Positions 28,251-36,537 of a stretch of 64,000 nucleotides of DNA are shown in pieces. How positions within the stretch are numbered: position 1 is the stretch's first letter; each line of letters opens with the position of its first letter. The position numbers and the translations under genes are program-made. The DNA is from Candidatus Latescibacterota bacterium (GTDB taxonomy: Bacteria > Latescibacterota > UBA2968), in NCBI GenBank assembly GCA_965214925.1, contig OZ244028.1:3592205-3656204 (forward strand). Direction: 5' to 3'. Under the pieces are notes generated by a model that was given only the letters and a program-made list of their open reading frames with translations, searched no databases and had not been told where the DNA came from.

Positions 28251-28907
28251 TTATTGAGGTCTTTGCGTATCAAAACGAAAGCGCAATTGCACTTGTAAGT
28301 CGCCCTGGGAATTGGCGGAAACCGTCGCTTTGGGGAGCGTTTTGGATGCGATATTGGCTGCATTTAACGCGCTGGCAAAGCGGTTAAAAAGGAGCGCGCC
28401 CGCAAAGAGAAAACCGCGCGTGCGCGCCCAAGTGGCTTTGCTCCGCAACGCGCGAAATTGTTCGCGCGAAGCCCGCGAGTCCCACTCCCAAAAGTTGTCG
28501 GGGGTTTCTGTCAGGGGGTTGGACGACGCGCCTTCAACGTATTGCAATCGGGCATTGTAGTCGTAGATGCTGTCGAAGGCGGCCAAACGGTCGTAATGGG
28601 AGTTGGGCCTTTTGTCGGGGGTTGCACCCGCGCGCGCCGCAGCATACGCGCGGAAGGTGTTTTCGCGAGTGGCATTGAGTTTTTTGAATGCAAATAATCC
28701 CGTCCAGAACATGCCTTCGGAAAAGAAAAAAAACTTCACGGACTTTCGCCCGCCCGCATACCGTTCGCCCAGGCCGGGCAAAAGAACCGATAAAAACGCG
28801 GCTTTTTGAGGCGATTTCGCTTCTTGGGCGAATGCGGCAACAGGCGCGAGCAAGCATGCTATTGTGCACGCGGTCAGGATACGCAATTTTTGGGCAGATG
28901 GTTTCAT
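28251..28907 (-). CDS. Secreted hypothetical protein, tandem paralogue 1
   Basis: Signal peptide, then the conserved block KSPQKAAFLSVLLPGLGERYAGG shared with the neighbour. Confidence 0.5.
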   Translation of the reverse strand: MKPSAQKLRILTACTIACLLAPVAAFAQEAKSPQKAAFLSVLLPGLGERYAGGRKSVKFFFFSEGMFWTGLFAFKKLNATRENTFRAYAAARAGATPDKRPNSHYDRLAAFDSIYDYNARLQYVEGASSNPLTETPDNFWEWDSRASREQFRALRSKATWARTRGFLFAGALLFNRFASALNAANIASKTLPKATVSANSQGDLQVQLRFRFDTQRPQ

Positions 28908-28923
28908 GTGATTTCTTGGAAAA

Positions 28924-29595
28924 TTAAAACCTCGTTTTCAATTCAACCATTGATCGTCCCTCGATATCGACGGGCGTAATGTCAATCCACAAACTCGGCT
29001 CGGTTTGTTTTTCGAGCGCGTGCGTATAGGCCGAAGCGTGTATGGCACTGGCTATGTGATTGAGCACGGCTAGGCCAGTGACAACCGACGCGCGTTTGAG
29101 GTATTTGTTGCTGTCGTTGCGACGGGTTTCATAATCCTGTCGTCGGGCCGATTGCACGCTCTTGTTATTGGTCGTAAAGTCAGCCGCAACGTCGTCCCAG
29201 CCATGGACAAACTGATGGTATTTGCCAATGAGTTCGTAATACTGTTGCGTGTCTTTGTCTTTGGAGGGCAGCGCGTGGGTTTCGAAATACGGATCGGACT
29301 GGCTTTTGTTCCAGTCCCGCCACGCCCTGTACCGCGCTTCATGCCAATGCCGATCCGCATACGCTCGAAATTCTGCTTTAATGTCATTGCCTTTGCCCCG
29401 CCATAAAACATAAGCGGTCCATGTGAGGGCTTCCGCGCCCATAAATCCGACCGCGCGCAGTTTGGCTCCAGCGTAAAATTCACCCAACCCCGGTACGAGC
29501 AACGAAAGAAAGAAAGCCGTTTTCGGCGATTTTTCCGCGCCAGCCTGCCCGCATACCAGAAGTAAAACAAACGTGCAGATCGCAAATTTTCGCAT
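28924..29595 (-). CDS. Secreted hypothetical protein, tandem paralogue 2; C-terminal ...ELKTRF
   Basis: Signal peptide and KSPKTAFFLSLLVPGLGEFYAGA block. The terminal Phe suggests an outer-membrane beta-barrel-type C-terminus. Confidence 0.5.
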   Translation of the reverse strand: MRKFAICTFVLLLVCGQAGAEKSPKTAFFLSLLVPGLGEFYAGAKLRAVGFMGAEALTWTAYVLWRGKGNDIKAEFRAYADRHWHEARYRAWRDWNKSQSDPYFETHALPSKDKDTQQYYELIGKYHQFVHGWDDVAADFTTNNKSVQSARRQDYETRRNDSNKYLKRASVVTGLAVLNHIASAIHASAYTHALEKQTEPSLWIDITPVDIEGRSMVELKTRF

Positions 29596-29613
29596 GGGAA
29601 ATTTCCCGTGAAT

Positions 29614-29639
29614 GAGCTATCAGTGGTCAGCACACCGCC
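29614..29639. repeat. Dispersed element, copy B: GAGCTATCAG-TGGTCAG-CACACCGCC
   Basis: Lies about 20 nt upstream of the paralogue-2 start codon on the minus strand. Confidence 0.6.
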
Positions 29640-29759
29640 GGAAAGCACGAGACGCGAGCGGGGATGGGTGGCGTTACTCGCTTCGTTGCGTCGTCTGCCC
29701 GCCTTCGGCGAGTGCCCCGTTCTGTAGATGAACTGTAGGTGGCGTTGATTCGCACATTT

Positions 29760-30581
29760 TCAAGACGCGTCGCACAAGGTGCCCAGCAATTCTATCAGAG
29801 GGGCCATTGAGACATCATTGCAGATCACGACATCGTAAACGCGCAGATATTCAGTTCCGTGTTCTTTGACCACTTCATTCAAAAACCCCGCGCGAATGAC
29901 ACAGTCTAAATCGGCATCGTTCACCATCTGTGCATCTTCGATGGTATCTCCCAAAAGCAGGACGCAGCCCCGCGCGCCAATTGCCTGACGCGCTTTATTC
30001 AAACTGTGAATGATCGGCTCGCAAAACCCCGCCACCGCGCCATGGGCATCAAACATCAACTGATTTGCCGTCACTGTCACATTTGGCGTGTGCAATGCCC
30101 GCACCGCTAAGAACTGTGAAATCACATTGCCAATACCCGCGGATAAAATCAACAGGGGAACCGCTCTATCTGCCAACACCTTGAAGTAATCGACAGCATC
30201 GTCGCGCAGATGGATCAAATCTCGGTCTGCCATATCTGCGATCATCCTTTTGGTCAGCCCGTATTGCTGCATCATCGCAAACGCCGCCATCCACCAATCG
30301 CGCATGGCGTTCTGTTTCTCGCGCTCCGAAATCGTCCGCGAGACTTCGATGGGACGATATCGCGCGTACAAGCGATCCATCTCATGGCGATATGCGTCCC
30401 CCAAATACGCCCCGCGTACAATTGCCGAATAAGATGTCGCATCTTTGCCATCTTCGGTTCGCGCCTTTGTCAATGTGCGATCCCAATCGCTGACCACACA
30501 TAGCCGCTCGATTCCCGCGCGTTGAAAATGCGCGATTTTGCGCTGTAAGGTCTCGCGATCCGCGATCAATACCTGTTCCAT
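29760..30581 (-). CDS. HAD-superfamily hydrolase resembling eukaryote-type pyrimidine 5'-nucleotidase (UMPH-1 family)
   Basis: VVSDWDRTLT (DxDxT motif I) and overall ~270-aa length, with Lys/Asp blocks typical of cN-III-like nucleotidases. Confidence 0.5.
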   Translation of the reverse strand: MEQVLIADRETLQRKIAHFQRAGIERLCVVSDWDRTLTKARTEDGKDATSYSAIVRGAYLGDAYRHEMDRLYARYRPIEVSRTISEREKQNAMRDWWMAAFAMMQQYGLTKRMIADMADRDLIHLRDDAVDYFKVLADRAVPLLILSAGIGNVISQFLAVRALHTPNVTVTANQLMFDAHGAVAGFCEPIIHSLNKARQAIGARGCVLLLGDTIEDAQMVNDADLDCVIRAGFLNEVVKEHGTEYLRVYDVVICNDVSMAPLIELLGTLCDAS

Positions 30582-30656
30582 AGCACTGGGATAATCCCGG
30601 TTTGACCCTTCAAAAGATCTACGCGCTCAATAGACATCTGCCACAATTTCATTGCC

Positions 30657-31853
30657 TTACGCCTCAATCCGCTCGCTGATTTCACCCGTCTGTTTGTCCT
30701 TCACAATCCGCTTCAACCGGCCATCGGGCATGCGCTCGGTTTTAAGGGTGACAAACCGCTCGTCCGCTTCTACGGATGTGGTTTCCCGTTTCACTTCGCC
30801 GCCGCGCCAGTCCATCTCGATTGGGACCCACTGCTTTGTTTTTGCCGATTTGTAACACGCATCTATAATGGCATTGACAACATAGCCGTCATACAAGGTC
30901 TCCATTGGCTCGCGCCCTTCATCCCAGGCATTGAACATATCCACAAACATATCTGCATATCCCAATTCCGCCACCTCGTCGCCTACGGGAAAAAGCCATC
31001 CCGTATCTCCTTCGGCTTTCTCGGCCACATATCCCCCTTGTCCCACAGCCGTAAACATGTCAAATCCCGTGCACAACCAGTGGTTGAGCCAGATGGTTCC
31101 TTCGGTACCGGCGACCTCATCCCGCAAATCCATTCCCCCGCGAAATGCCCATCCCACCTCAAACTGTCCCATGGAGCCATTTTCAAACTTGATCAATCCG
31201 ATCCCGTGATCCTCTGCCACTACCGGATGCACGAGTGTATCGGCCCAACACATCGCCTCAACCGGTCGAATATCTTTGCCAATGAAATTGCGGATGATCT
31301 CTACACAATGACATCCCATATCCACGATGGCCCCACCGCCTGCCCGGTTCACATCCCAAAACCAATCGCTGTGCGGGCCGGGGTGAGTCTCGCGCGATCG
31401 CACCCACAATATCCGCCCCAATGCCCCATTTTTCACGGCCGCCAGTGCCTTCAGTGTTTTGGGTGGATACACCAAATCCTCTAAATATCCGCCAAACACG
31501 CCTGCCTTTTCCACGGCATTCAGGATGTGACCTGCCTCGTCAGCCGTGCGCCCCAAGGGCTTGGTACACAATACGGCTTTGCCCGCCTCGGCCGCCAGGG
31601 TCGCGGCTTTGAGGTGCATATCATTGGGCAATCCAATGACCACACCATCGGTCTCGTCGTCTTCAATTGCCACTTTTATATCCGTTGTCCACTTTGGAAT
31701 CTCCCATTCTTCCGCAAACGCCTTGGCTCGCTCTTCTGTGCGCGAATACACCATTTGAACCCGGTCAACACCCCGATGCCTGTGCAATGTCATGGTGTAA
31801 AACATCCCGATCAACCCCGTTCCCAGCATCGTCAACTTATGTCCTTCAGGCAT
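30657..31853 (-). CDS. Gfo/Idh/MocA-family NAD(P)-dependent oxidoreductase
   Basis: N-terminal Rossmann region [10 protein letters not shown] plus EKP-like central motif architecture. AAGGAG ribosome-binding site. Confidence 0.8.
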   Translation of the reverse strand: MPEGHKLTMLGTGLIGMFYTMTLHRHRGVDRVQMVYSRTEERAKAFAEEWEIPKWTTDIKVAIEDDETDGVVIGLPNDMHLKAATLAAEAGKAVLCTKPLGRTADEAGHILNAVEKAGVFGGYLEDLVYPPKTLKALAAVKNGALGRILWVRSRETHPGPHSDWFWDVNRAGGGAIVDMGCHCVEIIRNFIGKDIRPVEAMCWADTLVHPVVAEDHGIGLIKFENGSMGQFEVGWAFRGGMDLRDEVAGTEGTIWLNHWLCTGFDMFTAVGQGGYVAEKAEGDTGWLFPVGDEVAELGYADMFVDMFNAWDEGREPMETLYDGYVVNAIIDACYKSAKTKQWVPIEMDWRGGEVKRETTSVEADERFVTLKTERMPDGRLKRIVKDKQTGEISERIEA

Positions 31854-31873
31854 TTTGAACTCCTTTGAAAATA

Positions 31874-31904
31874 GAGCTATCAGCCTTCAGCTTTCAGCCC
31901 CGCC
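31874..31904. repeat. Dispersed element, copy C: GAGCTATCAG-CCTTCAG-CTTTCAG-CCCCGCC
   Basis: Lies immediately upstream of the ribosome-binding site of the Gfo/Idh/MocA gene on the minus strand. Confidence 0.6.
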
Positions 31905-32457
31905 TTTCCGCCCCAATCAGCGTAAAAGGTGCTTGCTTTGCTGACCGCCGACCACTTTCATGCGCCAACAGAAATTTTTTCTTTTTTATTCCCCCGGCAT
32001 ATCCCGTCAAATCGCCAGACGCGCCAATCACGCGGTGGCACGGCACCACAATCGCCACCGGATTGTTGCCATTGGCCGCGCCCACTGCTTGCGCTGCCCC
32101 AACGCTACCCAACGCGCGCGCGATATCGCCATAAGTTCGCGTCTCTCCAAAGGGAATTTTCAGCAACAATTTCCATACCCGCTTCTGGAAATCCGTTCCG
32201 TGCAAATCCAATGGCAAATCAAAAATTTTCAGCGTCCCGTCAAAATATATTGTCAGTTGCTCAACCGCCGCATCGATCACCGCATGCGCCACTGCCCGAG
32301 GCAAACCTATCTTCGCCCGCGCTGCTCGTTCACCCTCAAACGCAATTGCCCGCACCCCATCATCCGACGCCAACACGGTCAACGGCCCCAATGGACTCGC
32401 CACCTCGCCCCAAACCGTCTCCCCTGGCAATTTTTTCACACGCTGTAAGTCAAACAT
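31894..32457 (-). CDS. ogt: Methylated-DNA-[protein]-cysteine S-methyltransferase
   Basis: IVVPCHRVIG active site (PCHR) and HTH region. Probable start MFDLQR. Confidence 0.8.
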   Translation of the reverse strand: MFDLQRVKKLPGETVWGEVASPLGPLTVLASDDGVRAIAFEGERAARAKIGLPRAVAHAVIDAAVEQLTIYFDGTLKIFDLPLDLHGTDFQKRVWKLLLKIPFGETRTYGDIARALGSVGAAQAVGAANGNNPVAIVVPCHRVIGASGDLTGYAGGIKKKKFLLAHESGRRSAKQAPFTLIGAERRG

Positions 32458-32663
32458 GTCGCGCCTCAATTTCTCGATACATGGTCTTATATTGGGCAAC
32501 CCCTGTGGTTGCCCCTACGGGGTTGGGGGATTGGGGGACTTTCTCACTTCTCACTTCTTGAGGTCTCTCAAACCCGCGAACGCAGGACCTCGGCATACAA
32601 GTGTCGGCAGAACTGACGTTGTGATCGGTGCGCGCCACTAGGACAATGTCAATTCTTCTTGGA

Positions 32664-33113
32664 TCACCGCTTCATTATTAGGGCAACTTTTTTGCGGGGC
32701 TTGGAAATCGCAATATCCGGTTTTAAGGCAATCCGCGTATGGTCTATATGCTCAATTTTAGATGGCATGTGGTAAAATTCTTTTAAGTGGTTCCAATCTT
32801 TGTCTCTCAAAGTTGCCAATTGATCCAAGTAAAAACTTACCCAATAAACACCCAATTTCGATCTAAAATTTTCTTGCAAAAGTTTATTTTTTGCAATTTC
32901 AACGTATTTGTTGTCCAATTCAAAACCCATAAATTTTCTGCCCAAACGCTTGGCGGCCAACGCGGTTGTGCCGGTTCCGCTAACCGGATCGAGAATAATA
33001 TCGCCTTCATCTGAGGACATTAAAATGATTCTTTCCAATAGGTGCATGGGCAACTGACACGGATGTTTATCTCTGTATTTATTGTGTTTTACCCTGTGAA
33101 TATCTGTCCACAC
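32664..33113 (-). CDS. Beta-class DNA N6-adenine/N4-cytosine methyltransferase, C-terminal half (motif I); downstream part of a split gene
   Basis: HPCQLP, then DPVSGTGTTALAAKRLGRKFMGFEL (FxGxG motif I). In its own frame the upstream sequence reads LLHPFGPLVSDVWTDI. Confidence 0.7.
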   Translation of the reverse strand: MWTDIHRVKHNKYRDKHPCQLPMHLLERIILMSSDEGDIILDPVSGTGTTALAAKRLGRKFMGFELDNKYVEIAKNKLLQENFRSKLGVYWVSFYLDQLATLRDKDWNHLKEFYHMPSKIEHIDHTRIALKPDIAISKPRKKVALIMKR

Positions 33114-33616
33114 ATCGGAAACAAGGGGTCCGAATGGATGTAATAATTTTTTTTTTCGTAATCTTTTGCCAATAGACCTGATTTTCGCGTGCGTTCGTGG
33201 GGATAGCGAATTTCATAAAATTTCAATTGCTGAATGTCTTTTTTGGCAGAAAACAAAATGCCATAATGCGAAGGCTGCAATGTTTTTCCCATTGGAGCCG
33301 TAGGCGCGTCCCAACTTATCCAGTGCTTAAAATCGGCAATTTGATTGAGGTATGCCGTATAAAATGTGAGCCATTTCGGTATGTTGTGCAAAAAAATACT
33401 GCCCGTTGGTTTGGTGATGCGAACCATTTCAGTTATCCAAAGTTCGCACCAATCCAAATATTCTCGAAGTTTCAGGCGGTCTTTGTAACTGTTGTAAGAT
33501 TTTTTGAGATTAAAAGGGGGGTCGGCAAATGTGACATCCACCGAATGATCTGGCATCGTTTTGAGCAGTTCTAAACAATCCCCTTGAATAATATTGTTTA
33601 TGTATCGTTCAATCAT
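33089..33616 (-). CDS. Beta-class DNA methyltransferase, N-terminal half (motif IV DPPF); upstream part of a split gene
   Basis: IIQGDCLELLKTMPDHSVDVTFADPPFN. The ORF ends 20 codons after an A10 tract (T10 on the plus strand at 33147-33156). The start could be 33616 or 33712. Confidence 0.65.
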   Translation of the reverse strand: MIERYINNIIQGDCLELLKTMPDHSVDVTFADPPFNLKKSYNSYKDRLKLREYLDWCELWITEMVRITKPTGSIFLHNIPKWLTFYTAYLNQIADFKHWISWDAPTAPMGKTLQPSHYGILFSAKKDIQQLKFYEIRYPHERTRKSGLLAKDYEKKNYYIHSDPLFPMCGQIFTG

Positions 33617-33638
33617 ACACTTAAGAAATTGTTGAACA

Positions 33639-36164
33639 TCACGCCCCGGCAGTTTTGCCGAACACGCTGACGAACAACAAAAAATCGCTGAAATTGACCT
33701 GACCATCGTCATCTAAATCAAAGCGCGCGTCGGGATTATCCGCGCCATAAGCGGAAACAAACAGGAGAAAATCGCCAAAGTCGATCTTTCCACTGCCATC
33801 GAAATCCGCCTGATTGGCCACCTCGCGCAAGGGCAAAAACACAGCCGGCTGAGGGCGTATCGCCACCCCCCGAGGCCCATCGCTCAAACGCAGCGTTCTC
33901 AGAATCTGAAGCGACTCGGCATCAAAAACGACCAGATCATCCGAATCCTGATTGGTCACATACACCCGCGATCCGTCACGCGACACGAACAACTCGCGCG
34001 TTTCCTCGCCGCCCGGCAAAACATCTACGCGATGGGTGACGCGGTTTTGAGCCACATCGATGACGAGCAATTGCGCGTTCACGCGGTCTGTTGCGTATAG
34101 CCGAGAGCCATCGGGCGATAAGGCCATGCGAAAAATCCCGGAATCGTCTGTGCGAATCGTTGCAATTACAGACAACGCATCGGTATCCACCACCGAAATA
34201 CCGCCATCGCCATTCTCATCAAAGTCGCCCCCCGACACGTACAACCGCTTTCCATCGGCAGACAAAACCAGTGATCGCGGGTCGGCAATCACATTGACGC
34301 GCGCGATCGTCGCCCTGATTGAGGGGTCAATGACCAGAACCTGATCGCCTTCGATATCGGTGACATAAACGCGCGACCCGTCTAGGCTCACCGCCACGCC
34401 ATAAGGCCCGCGCTCTGCAACGGGCACCCGAATGCGCGCCGCGCGCGCGGTCAAGGTCGCCACCTCGAGGATCGAAATACTCCGATCCCGTGAATTGGTG
34501 ACATAAACCAAACGCCCATCCGCGCTCAAAGCGAGATCCAACGGCGCATTGCCGACCTCGAGAATCGCAGCCACCCGATGCGTGGCGGTCTCGATCGCCA
34601 TGACCCGATTTTCAGATGTACTGCTGCCCGATCCCGCATTGGCGACAAAGATATAGCGTTCATCAGGCGTCATCAACACACTCAGGGGCGTCTCTCCCGT
34701 GGGGATGCGCGCCACCTCTTTGCCCGGGCCCATATCGATAACGGCCAGTGCATTTGCCTCTCGCAGTGCAACAAAGGCCACGGGCGCGCCGGAAAGTGCC
34801 AGTACCTCAAACCGGAGCATGGGCAATTCCAGGGGTGGCAGCGGCGTCTCATTGCCATCGCCGTCGCGAGCGATCAACCGATATTCAATGATCGTTCCCA
34901 CGCGCTGTCCATCAATTTCAGCGGTAAAAACATCGTCACCTGCGCGCGCGGTTCGCGCCACCTGCACACTGCCGCCATTGATGCGATAGTGCAATTCAAC
35001 AGCCGCGACTCCCTCGTTGTCCGTCACAGTTGCCGAAAAGCGATAGGGGCCATTGGGATCCGGGGTATTGGTTGGAAAATTGGGTCGCTGAATAAAGGGC
35101 GCGCCGGGAGCAGAAGGCCCGAGCGCGAAGTCGATATTGGCGATGACTTGATCGATTTCAACGCGCACGATTTGGGCATTGGCCTGCCGAAACGCATTGT
35201 TGAAATACTCTATGTCGAAGTTCTCATCAAATGATGTCTGAAAAATACCGCCAAAATTCTCGGGCGAAATCGTGCGATGGTGGGGTTCAATAGCCATGTG
35301 ATAATCGCCCGGGGGCAAACCGAGGATTTCATACCGCCCATCGCTGCTGCTCCCCGTCTGCGCGCCAGTCGAACCCGACAGCGCGCTTGCAACAAAGACC
35401 TGAGTGCCCGCGCGATAAGCCACCACATGCACGCCAAACACGGGGCGCTCGGCCCCCAAGACCTGCCCACTCACACCGCCTGTTAGCTCTTCTACCGGGT
35501 AGATCGCCGTGATACCCGCGCGATCGTCGGGTTGAAGTGAACGCTCCTCCTGCGGTGCTTCGGGCGTATGATAGGGATACATGGTCGGGCGCACCTCGGG
35601 GTCGCCCACGAGCGGGGAGTGATCCAACCCCAACAGATGCCCGATCTCATGCGTCATCACGCCCTCGAGATCGACGTGATTGCGCGGGGTGTTATCCTCA
35701 TTGACCGAAAAGTCAAAATCTCGACCATTAAAAATAATATCCACATCCGTGATATACCCGTCATCGTTCCAGTTGATCCGCGCAATAGCAATGACGCCAG
35801 TACCCTCGGGCGCGTTCAAAATTTGTCCGGTCTCATCGTAAATAATCACATTGCGCCGATCGGAAGGCGAGGCGGGAATTTGCGTCGTCCCTTCGTATTC
35901 AAATGCAATAAATGCCGACGGCACCTCGCCCCAGCGATTAAACCCGCGTCGGGCAATACGCACCACATCGGCCTCGGCAAAGGGAAAACTCCCGGCATTG
36001 ACCACAAAGGGAATCCCAGCTCCGGCCCGAGAAGCGGACCAGCCAATGTTCACAATGCGCCCGCGCGTATTGCGATGGGTTTGAATGACATACCCTTCTG
36101 CCCCCATCCATAGGACGAGCACGAGGCCAACAACACAAATTTTTTTCACAGCATCAATCCTCAT
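33639..36164 (-). CDS. Secreted multidomain protein: matrixin-like Zn-metalloprotease + YVTN-type beta-propeller repeats + C-terminal dockerin-like Ca-binding repeats
   Basis: HEIGHLLGLDHS (HExxHxxGxxH); repeated RVYVTN/RLVYVTN/RLYATD blades; DFDGSGKIDFGDF...DLDDDGQVNFSDF dockerin pair. Confidence 0.7.
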   Translation of the reverse strand: MRIDAVKKICVVGLVLVLWMGAEGYVIQTHRNTRGRIVNIGWSASRAGAGIPFVVNAGSFPFAEADVVRIARRGFNRWGEVPSAFIAFEYEGTTQIPASPSDRRNVIIYDETGQILNAPEGTGVIAIARINWNDDGYITDVDIIFNGRDFDFSVNEDNTPRNHVDLEGVMTHEIGHLLGLDHSPLVGDPEVRPTMYPYHTPEAPQEERSLQPDDRAGITAIYPVEELTGGVSGQVLGAERPVFGVHVVAYRAGTQVFVASALSGSTGAQTGSSSDGRYEILGLPPGDYHMAIEPHHRTISPENFGGIFQTSFDENFDIEYFNNAFRQANAQIVRVEIDQVIANIDFALGPSAPGAPFIQRPNFPTNTPDPNGPYRFSATVTDNEGVAAVELHYRINGGSVQVARTARAGDDVFTAEIDGQRVGTIIEYRLIARDGDGNETPLPPLELPMLRFEVLALSGAPVAFVALREANALAVIDMGPGKEVARIPTGETPLSVLMTPDERYIFVANAGSGSSTSENRVMAIETATHRVAAILEVGNAPLDLALSADGRLVYVTNSRDRSISILEVATLTARAARIRVPVAERGPYGVAVSLDGSRVYVTDIEGDQVLVIDPSIRATIARVNVIADPRSLVLSADGKRLYVSGGDFDENGDGGISVVDTDALSVIATIRTDDSGIFRMALSPDGSRLYATDRVNAQLLVIDVAQNRVTHRVDVLPGGEETRELFVSRDGSRVYVTNQDSDDLVVFDAESLQILRTLRLSDGPRGVAIRPQPAVFLPLREVANQADFDGSGKIDFGDFLLFVSAYGADNPDARFDLDDDGQVNFSDFLLFVSVFGKTAGA

Positions 36165-36537
36165 TTTTGAGCACGGGTTCTGATCCCATTGCATCTATCA
36201 TCCAGACCTCGGCCTTGCCATCGCGATCAAAATCCGCTTCGGCATACGCCCTGAAACCATCTTCTGAAACGGTCACCCGATAGCGAAAGCGCCCGGGCGC
36301 GCGGTCGAGTTGTAAAATACGGCCGTTTTTCTCTCGATCAATAGGCAGATAAGTTCTGTTTTCTGCCCAATATGCGTGTTCCAAAACCGCAATGCGCTGC
36401 AACATAATGCGGGCGCGTTCTCGCTCTGCATCTTCGGGCGTGCGATCTGTAAAGCGATAAATCAACACCGCGCACAGCACCGCGCATAGCGCAAGCACAA
36501 TTCCCGCTCGATACAACTGGTCGCGATAGTTCCGCAT
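36154..36537 (-). CDS. Hypothetical membrane-anchored protein
   Basis: Single N-terminal transmembrane helix, no recognisable motif. ORF only. Confidence 0.3.
   Translation of the reverse strand: MRNYRDQLYRAGIVLALCAVLCAVLIYRFTDRTPEDAERERARIMLQRIAVLEHAYWAENRTYLPIDREKNGRILQLDRAPGRFRYRVTVSEDGFRAYAEADFDRDGKAEVWMIDAMGSEPVLKNED

Noticed and set aside
32490-32512. Perfect 8-bp hairpin GGGCAACC-CCTGT-GGTTGCCC as a terminator
   Set aside because: It is not followed by a U-run on either strand (G-rich on the plus side, AATATAAG on the minus side). It may be structural, but it is not a convincing intrinsic terminator.
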